A stretch of 64,000 nucleotides of DNA from a bacterium (GTDB taxonomy: Bacteria > UBA8248), in NCBI GenBank assembly GCA_965204535.1, contig CBDBEV010000001.1, forward strand, positions 2,880,001 through 2,944,000. The letters are read 5' to 3'. Each line of letters starts with the position of its first letter. Positions within the stretch are counted from its first letter, which is position 1. Positions 58,617-64,000 of this stretch are shown here, piece by piece. Below the pieces are notes generated by a model. It made no database searches. It was not told the DNA's origin and saw only the letters and a program-made list of their open reading frames with translations. A program made the position numbers and the translations under genes.

Positions 58617-59756
58617 TTACGGCATGGCCGCATACGGCGGCAGTTCGGGGGGCCGGACGAGCAGGGGCTTATCGCTCGAGAGCGATTCCAGAAACGCCAG
58701 CAGGTCTTCTTTCTCCTCGTCCGAAAGTCCCAGTTTCTTGATGAGGGGACTCTTGTTCGCATCCTCGCCGCCCCCTTCGTCATAAAAATCGATGACCTCA
58801 TCCAGTTCGAAAAATGCGCCGTTGTGCATATAGGGCGCAGTGTATTTGAGCTCCCTCAGGCTCGGGGTGCGGAACCTCCCCTTATCGGCCTCGCGCTTGG
58901 TGGTGTAGAAGAGCCCCAGGTCCCGGTCCGCCTTGCGGTAGACGGATTCGGGGACGCCGCGGATCACGTGCTGGTAGCGAAGCGTTATCTGCCTTAAAGG
59001 ATCTTCCTCGAACGCGGGGCTCTTGGGAACGCCGACGTTGTGGTAGTCCTCATCCGAGAGGAGTGCGCCGTTGTGGCACTGGACGCACCCGGCCTTTCCC
59101 TGGAAGAGAGCCAGCCCGCGCTTCGCGCTGTCCGAGAGCGCCTTCTCCTCCCCTTTCATGAAGCGGTCGAAGGGCACGTCCTTCGCGTTGGAAACCACCG
59201 TGCGCTCGAAGGCCGAGATGGCCCGCCAGGCGTCGTCGATGGTCGGCCAGGGGGATCCGAACACCGCCCGGAAGCGCCTGACGTATTCGGGGACCTGGCG
59301 CAGGCGCTCCTCCATCATCATGGTGTCGCCGTTGCCGGCCACGTTGCCCGTGGCGGCGCTCTTCGCCTGCGCTTCGAGGCTCGTAGACTCGCCCGCCCAG
59401 AAGAGTTTTGCGTAGTAGGCGGAATTGAGGATCGTCTGGGAATTGCGCCAGTGCTGCGTGCCCGGATAGCCCCGGCTCAGATCGCCCCCGTCCCCCCAGC
59501 CGCTCTCGGGGCTGTGGCAGGAGGCGCACGACGTGCTGGCGTCGCCCGAGAGGCGGGCGTCGAAAAACAGCAGCTTGCCGAGCTCCACCTTGGCGGCGGA
59601 CATGGGGTTGTCCGCGGGCACCGGGACAGGCGGCAAGGGTCCCAGCGGAGGGAATTTCCCCTCCTGGGCCGCGCTTGCTCCTCCCACCAGAAGTGCGGCG
59701 ATGAAGCATACGGCCATCGTGGAACCCAGGAAGCAGTTTTTGATTCGCGCGTTCAT
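58617..59756 (-). CDS. Diheme cytochrome c peroxidase/MauG-family protein (IdrP-like)
   Basis: DNP..KVELGKLLFFDARLS, CASCH, CVQCH, FRTPSLR..TAPYMHNG; ATG after GAGGAG. Confidence 0.9.
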   Translation of the reverse strand: MNARIKNCFLGSTMAVCFIAALLVGGASAAQEGKFPPLGPLPPVPVPADNPMSAAKVELGKLLFFDARLSGDASTSCASCHSPESGWGDGGDLSRGYPGTQHWRNSQTILNSAYYAKLFWAGESTSLEAQAKSAATGNVAGNGDTMMMEERLRQVPEYVRRFRAVFGSPWPTIDDAWRAISAFERTVVSNAKDVPFDRFMKGEEKALSDSAKRGLALFQGKAGCVQCHNGALLSDEDYHNVGVPKSPAFEEDPLRQITLRYQHVIRGVPESVYRKADRDLGLFYTTKREADKGRFRTPSLRELKYTAPYMHNGAFFELDEVIDFYDEGGGEDANKSPLIKKLGLSDEEKEDLLAFLESLSSDKPLLVRPPELPPYAAMP

Positions 59757-59766
59757 GGCCGTCTCC

Positions 59767-60882
59767 TCAATTATCGCCGAGTTTGCGAAGTTCATAATCG
59801 GGAATTTTCGGCGCCGCAGCAAAAACCGTCTCGCCCGAGAGGCTCTTAAGGAACGCCACCAGGGCCTTCTTCTCATCCGCAGTCAGCCCCAGCGGCTTCA
59901 AGCGCGAGCTCTTGTTGGGGCCGCTCCCGCCGCCCCTGTCGTAGAAGGCGACGACGTCTTCAAGCGCGGCGAGTGCGCCGTTGTGCATGTAGGGCGCCGT
60001 CCGGGCGACTTCGCGCAGGGTCGGCGTGCGGAACTTGCCCCGGTCGCTCTCCTCTTTGGTCACGACGTAGAGGCCGGGGTCGGCCCTCAGGTTCATGAAG
60101 TTCGGGACGCCGATGACCTTGTTGAAGCGCCGGAAGGTGATGTGGCGCAGCGGGTCCTTGAATATCTGCTCGTTCTCGGGAACGCCGAGCGCGTGGAATC
60201 CGCCGTCGCTCAATAGCGCGCCGTTATGGCACTGAACGCAACCGGCCTTTCCGCTGAACAGGGCGAGGCCTTTTTGCGCCTCGGCGGAAAGGGCCTTTTT
60301 ATCGCCCTTCAGGTAGTTGTCGAAAGGCGCGTTCTCCGAAGCGATGGTGTGCAGGAACGCCGCGATGGCCTTGAGCGCGCCGCCGAAGGAGGGCTCCCCG
60401 CCGTAGACCTCCTTGAATTTCTTCACGTAAAGCGGCACCTGCTTGAGCCGCTCGGGGAACAGCCGCCCGTCGACCAGCATGAAGTGGGCTTCGGTCAGGT
60501 GGTCCCGCACGAGCGTGGGCAGGTCGGCCCCGCTCAGGCGCCCGTCCCAGAAGACGCGCTTGTTGTAGGCGGCGTTTAAGAGCGTCTGGGCGTTCCGGAA
60601 ATACTTGCTTCCCGGATAACCCGCCGAGAGCGCCTGCCCGTCGCCCCATCCCTTCGCGGGCTGGTGGCAGGCGGCGCAGCTGATCCCTCCGTCCCCCGAC
60701 ATCCGGGGGTCGAAGAACAGGTACCGGCCCAGTTCGGCCTGCGCGGGCTTCTGGGCCTTGGGCGCCGGCAGGGGCGCGAGAGAAGCCCCCAGGCCCGCGG
60801 CGGGGAGCAGAACCCAGGCGCTCAGCAGGACTCCGCAGAGTATCCGGCGCCGGACAACGCGAACTGATTTCATTCTTCGCAC
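59767..60882 (-). CDS. Second diheme cytochrome c peroxidase/MauG-family protein (IdrP-like); start 60882 or 60873
   Basis: ELGRYLFFDPRMS, CAACH, CVQCH, FRTPTLR..TAPYMHNG. Confidence 0.9.
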   Translation of the reverse strand: MRRMKSVRVVRRRILCGVLLSAWVLLPAAGLGASLAPLPAPKAQKPAQAELGRYLFFDPRMSGDGGISCAACHQPAKGWGDGQALSAGYPGSKYFRNAQTLLNAAYNKRVFWDGRLSGADLPTLVRDHLTEAHFMLVDGRLFPERLKQVPLYVKKFKEVYGGEPSFGGALKAIAAFLHTIASENAPFDNYLKGDKKALSAEAQKGLALFSGKAGCVQCHNGALLSDGGFHALGVPENEQIFKDPLRHITFRRFNKVIGVPNFMNLRADPGLYVVTKEESDRGKFRTPTLREVARTAPYMHNGALAALEDVVAFYDRGGGSGPNKSSRLKPLGLTADEKKALVAFLKSLSGETVFAAAPKIPDYELRKLGDN

Positions 60883-60972
60883 CTCCCTGGCTGGCTGTTC
60901 TGTCTTCTGACGCTATCCCCTATCGGACATCCGGCCCGACCGCGCCGGATGAGAATATCGACCCCGGACTTC

Positions 60973-61484
60973 GGGGTTGTTGAAAGAGCCGTGTGGCTCG
61001 GGCATCTCCTCATCGGTCGGGTTACAAATCAACTCCCCTCCTTAAACAGGGGACAAAGGCAACCCCCCCTACCCCCCCTTGTCAGGGGGGTATAAAAAAG
61101 CACCCCCCGCAAAAAAGGATCAACTCTCCCCTTGAGGGGGTCGGGCTTTCCCCTCGGGAAGACCGACGAAGAGCTAAGGGCGAAGCCCGCAAGCGATTCG
61201 GTGGGGGGACATGCCACGGATAAAAACTCCCCCCACCACATCGGCCTTCGCACAAACCGCTCGGCCTCTGTCGGGCTTCCCGAGGGGAAAGCCCGACCCC
61301 CTCAAGGGGGGAGTTGATTGTTGAGCGCTCTACAAGGGGGGTTGCTCTTTCTTGCCCCCCTGACAAGGGGGGGTAGGGGGGGTTGTCCCTTCCGGTGAAA
61401 TTCGATTGATCTGTAGGGGTCGCATATATGCGACCCTGCCTTTTTTCGCCGCCGCTCATGGGCCGCATGTATGCGGCCCCTACA
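60973..61484. repeat. Nested palindromic repeat cluster
   Basis: GGGGTTGTTGAAA end at 60973; outer element 61059-61385 enclosing hairpin ~61120-61318; REP doublet 61412-61484. Confidence 0.8.
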
Positions 61485-61694
61485 AAACCATCGCCTTTGG
61501 AAACCATGGGCCTTTTCAGGGAAGCTTTTCGGGCGGCCCCCATCAGGCCGTATTCGACGTGTTCTCCGGTGAGGCGCCGGGACAGGACGGGCGAACCCGC
61601 GGATGCGAATCGAACGGTTCGCTTCTCGAGTGTTTTCACTGCATGCGGGTCGGTTCTCATTTTCCCGGGTCTTCCTCGTGTTGAAAATCCGGTC

Positions 61695-62438
61695 TTATTT
61701 CGCAGAAAACGTGAAGTCGGCCGTCTTCTTTCCTCCGGTGGAAATTTTGATCCTTTTCTTCTTGACCCCCAGGGCCGGGTGCCACGCCCGCAGCGCGTAT
61801 TTCCCCGGCGGGACGTCTGCGATCTCGAAGCGCCCGTCCGCGCCCACGAGCGCGTAGTAGGGGTTCCGGGCCACGAAGAGGAATCCCTTCATCCAGTTGT
61901 GCACGTCGCACTCGACCCGGACGATGGGGCTGCGCCGCACCTTCGCCCGGCGGACGACCTTCTTCCGCTGTTTGGGCTGGGAGATGTTCCACATGGAGCG
62001 CTTCGCCCGGCCGATGATCTCGTAGGTGTGGATGTTGTGGTGGGCGGCGTCGCTGTTCAGGATGGTGACCTTGCCCCCCTCGGCGACGACCTGGAGGTAG
62101 GGCACGTAGGCGCACTTCTTCTGGTCCACCACGGCGCTCTTGATTTTCCCGGGATACGCCTTGCCCTTTTTGACCTTGTCGAGATAGACGACCACGCCCC
62201 TCAAGGCGCCGTCTTTCGCGTCCACCTCCTGGCGGGTGACCTGGCCCTTGCCGCAGGCGTGCTGGTCCTTGGTGATGATGTATTTGACGGGGGCGGGAGG
62301 CTTTCCCTCGAAGCTCACCTTGCCGGTGATGGTTCCGCCGTCTTTGACGGATGCGGCCTTGTACTTCGCCAGGGAAGCGTTCGGGGCAAGGAGGAAAGGC
62401 AGGGACAAAACGAATGGCAGGATGAATGTACGAATCAT
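61695..62438 (-). CDS. Secreted protein with carboxypeptidase-regulatory-like beta domains and a cupredoxin-like motif
   Basis: Signal peptide, GGTITGKV, DQKKCAYVP, HHNIH, CDVHNWM, VPPGKY..WHP. Confidence 0.8.
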   Translation of the reverse strand: MIRTFILPFVLSLPFLLAPNASLAKYKAASVKDGGTITGKVSFEGKPPAPVKYIITKDQHACGKGQVTRQEVDAKDGALRGVVVYLDKVKKGKAYPGKIKSAVVDQKKCAYVPYLQVVAEGGKVTILNSDAAHHNIHTYEIIGRAKRSMWNISQPKQRKKVVRRAKVRRSPIVRVECDVHNWMKGFLFVARNPYYALVGADGRFEIADVPPGKYALRAWHPALGVKKKRIKISTGGKKTADFTFSAK

Positions 62439-62596
62439 TGCGAGAATTCCCCCACGAAATCTTGCATCGGATCACGGCAACCCTGTCGTCAACTGTTCCG
62501 GGTCGTTTTCATCCTCCTCATCGGCGGCGCGCCGGCGCGGAAAGGGAGCGTCCTTTCCGCCTCGGGCGTGCTTTTTATGAACGTATTCCTGCTTTT

Positions 62597-62625
62597 AATA
62601 TAAGGACTGCGGCTGAATGTTGCAA
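62597..62625 (-). promoter_or_regulatory. Candidate sigma70 promoter at the head of the redox cluster
   Basis: Minus strand TTGCAA-17 nt-TATATT, about 160 nt upstream of the 62438 start. Confidence 0.55.
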
Positions 62626-62725
62626 CAGGATGGAAATGCGGTTTTCCCCCGGTGAGCGGGCCGTTGGGAAAGCCCTGTATGCGTCCCCCGGAAACCGCCG
62701 ACGCCTCTTTCCTAACCCTGAAAAC

Positions 62726-63088
62726 CAACCCCCCCTACCCCCCCTTGACAGGGGGGTATGAAAAGGCGACGCCCCGCCGCCGAGATGAACGCAAATCAAC
62801 TCCCCCCTTGAGGGCCTGTTGAAAAACCCCTCGTCGAGCGGAATTGATTGCCGGAATGACAATCAAAAGCACATTCACCCGTAGGGGCGGCCCCCTGTGG
62901 CCGCCCTGCCCCGTGGCTACGCTTCGCACGGACAGGCACGGGGGCCTGTCCCTACGGTGAACAATTCGATGATCGGGATTCCTTCTCCACCGGAGGGTTT
63001 TTCAACAGACCCCCAAGCGGGGAGTTGATCTTTTTTTTGCGGGGGTTGCTCTTTTTACCCCCCTGACAAGAGGGGGCAGGGGGGGTTG
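62726..63088. repeat. Multi-level nested repeat (outer CCCCTACCCC element, TGTTGAAAAA-ended MITE 62812-63012, REP doublet 62880-62956)
   Basis: GGGCCTGTTGAAAAACCC ... GGGTTTTTCAACAGACCC (17/18 inverted match) inside the paired outer ends. Confidence 0.8.
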
Positions 63089-63239
63089 CATTCCAGCCGG
63101 GGGAAGGGCGGCCACGGTCGAACTCCCCTCTTCGGGAAGTTCGACACCCCTACGGGTTCGTTACGTTACGATCGGTTTTCGTAGGGACAGGCCCCCGTGC
63201 CTGTCCGTGGCCCCCGTGCCTGTCCGGGGCCGGGCGTCC

Positions 63240-64000
63240 TCACGGCCCGTAGCGCAGCCGCGCCGTCGCGCCCTGTTTCGCGAGCTGGCCCTGCGCGTAG
63301 CGCCCCGGCATGGCGGGCGAGCGCCAGCGGCCGGCGATTTGCATCTCGACCAGCGACGCGCCCGCCGTGACGAGGCTCTGCGCGCTGCCCACCCTGAGGC
63401 TGTGCCCGCTGATGCGCCCCTCCAGGCCCGCCTCCCGGGCGCGGCGGACGATGATGCGCCGGATGCCCCTCTCCGAGAGGCGCCCCGCCTGCACCCGGCC
63501 CGACCTGTGGACGGCCCGGAAGAGCGCTCCTTCTCCGAGACCCGACCCCTCGAGCCAGGCCCCGACGCGCGCCAGGGTCGGGTCGCCCATAAACTGCAGG
63601 ACGCCCGCGCCCTCCTGGTCCGTCTTCGAGCGCCGGACCAGCACCGTCTTCTCGCCCAAGTCCATGTCGGCGACGTCGAGCGCCGCGACCTCCGACACCC
63701 GGAGCAGGGCGTCGCTCGCCACCGCGATGATCGCCGCGTCGCGCAGCCCGCCCAGGGTCCCCGAGCGCTCGGCCAGCGCCGCCGCGCGGTCCGCCTGCTC
63801 CCAGCGAACGCCCGCCACCTTGCCGCTCCCGCGCTCTGCGGCCAGGCGCCGGAAGCCGGCCAGCACCCGCTCGGCGGCCGCCCCCACCGGGGAGGGCCAC
63901 CCGCCCAGCTTCGCCCGGAAGCGCAGCGCCGCGACCGCCATGGAGGCTGCGGCCGCGGACAGCCCCCCCTCGTAGAGGTCCCCCAGGTACGCCGCCACCC
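63240..64000 (-). CDS. Tyrosine recombinase, Cre-like; 5' truncated by window edge
   Basis: RDAA..LLRVSE (R), RRSKTDQ (K), GHSLRVG (HxxR), GRW (W), M..RY (Y). Confidence 0.92.
   Translation of the reverse strand, partial: VAAYLGDLYEGGLSAAAASMAVAALRFRAKLGGWPSPVGAAAERVLAGFRRLAAERGSGKVAGVRWEQADRAAALAERSGTLGGLRDAAIIAVASDALLRVSEVAALDVADMDLGEKTVLVRRSKTDQEGAGVLQFMGDPTLARVGAWLEGSGLGEGALFRAVHRSGRVQAGRLSERGIRRIIVRRAREAGLEGRISGHSLRVGSAQSLVTAGASLVEMQIAGRWRSPAMPGRYAQGQLAKQGATARLRYGP

Noticed and set aside
60973-61484. Possible CRISPR array in the repeat clusters
   Set aside because: The repeats are inverted and nested, not regularly spaced direct repeats with unique spacers; no cas genes
61082-61660. 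192 aa ORF and other small ORFs containing PPYPPLxGG peptides (41740, 41859, 42947, 60993)
   Set aside because: They are translations of the palindromic repeats. The unique 5' part of 61082-61660 has no recognisable homology.

Overview
GC-rich bacterial chromosome window with no rRNA, intact tRNA or CRISPR array. The repeat load and gene content suggest a marine, possibly host-associated, Nitrospinota/deltaproteobacteria-like organism, but this is a weak inference. 1-6.8 kb: tail of an unusual type II fatty-acid/polyketide operon (three ketosynthases, two lacking the catalytic Cys, two FabZ-like dehydratases, FabG, AcpS, LpxL-type acyltransferase). 7-42 kb: mostly core genes (glgA-glgC, M3 peptidase, purD, rsmE, prmA, dnaJ, hrcA with CIRCE box, a sigma54 two-component pair, tmk-holB-PSP1-metG-TatD/radical-SAM, lhr) with scattered accessory enzymes. 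43.9-49.8 kb: TAXI-TRAP transporter with two paralogous unknown genes, divergent from an amidohydrolase-fold/Rieske pair. 50-62.4 kb, the main finding: one minus-strand cluster with an AioA-related molybdoenzyme whose motifs and neighbours fit dissimilatory iodate reductase (IdrA, TAT-Rieske IdrB, two diheme peroxidase-like IdrP). It is followed directly by cytochrome c, an NAD(P)H/Fe-S flavoprotein, a Rieske protein, a b6-type cytochrome b and a tetraheme cytochrome c, and preceded by a putative cupredoxin. This looks like a self-contained electron-transfer chain to the molybdoenzyme. A Cre-like tyrosine recombinase runs off the right edge. Intergenic spaces carry several families of nested REP/REPIN/MITE-like palindromes. 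All calls come from reading motifs by eye; no database searches were run.
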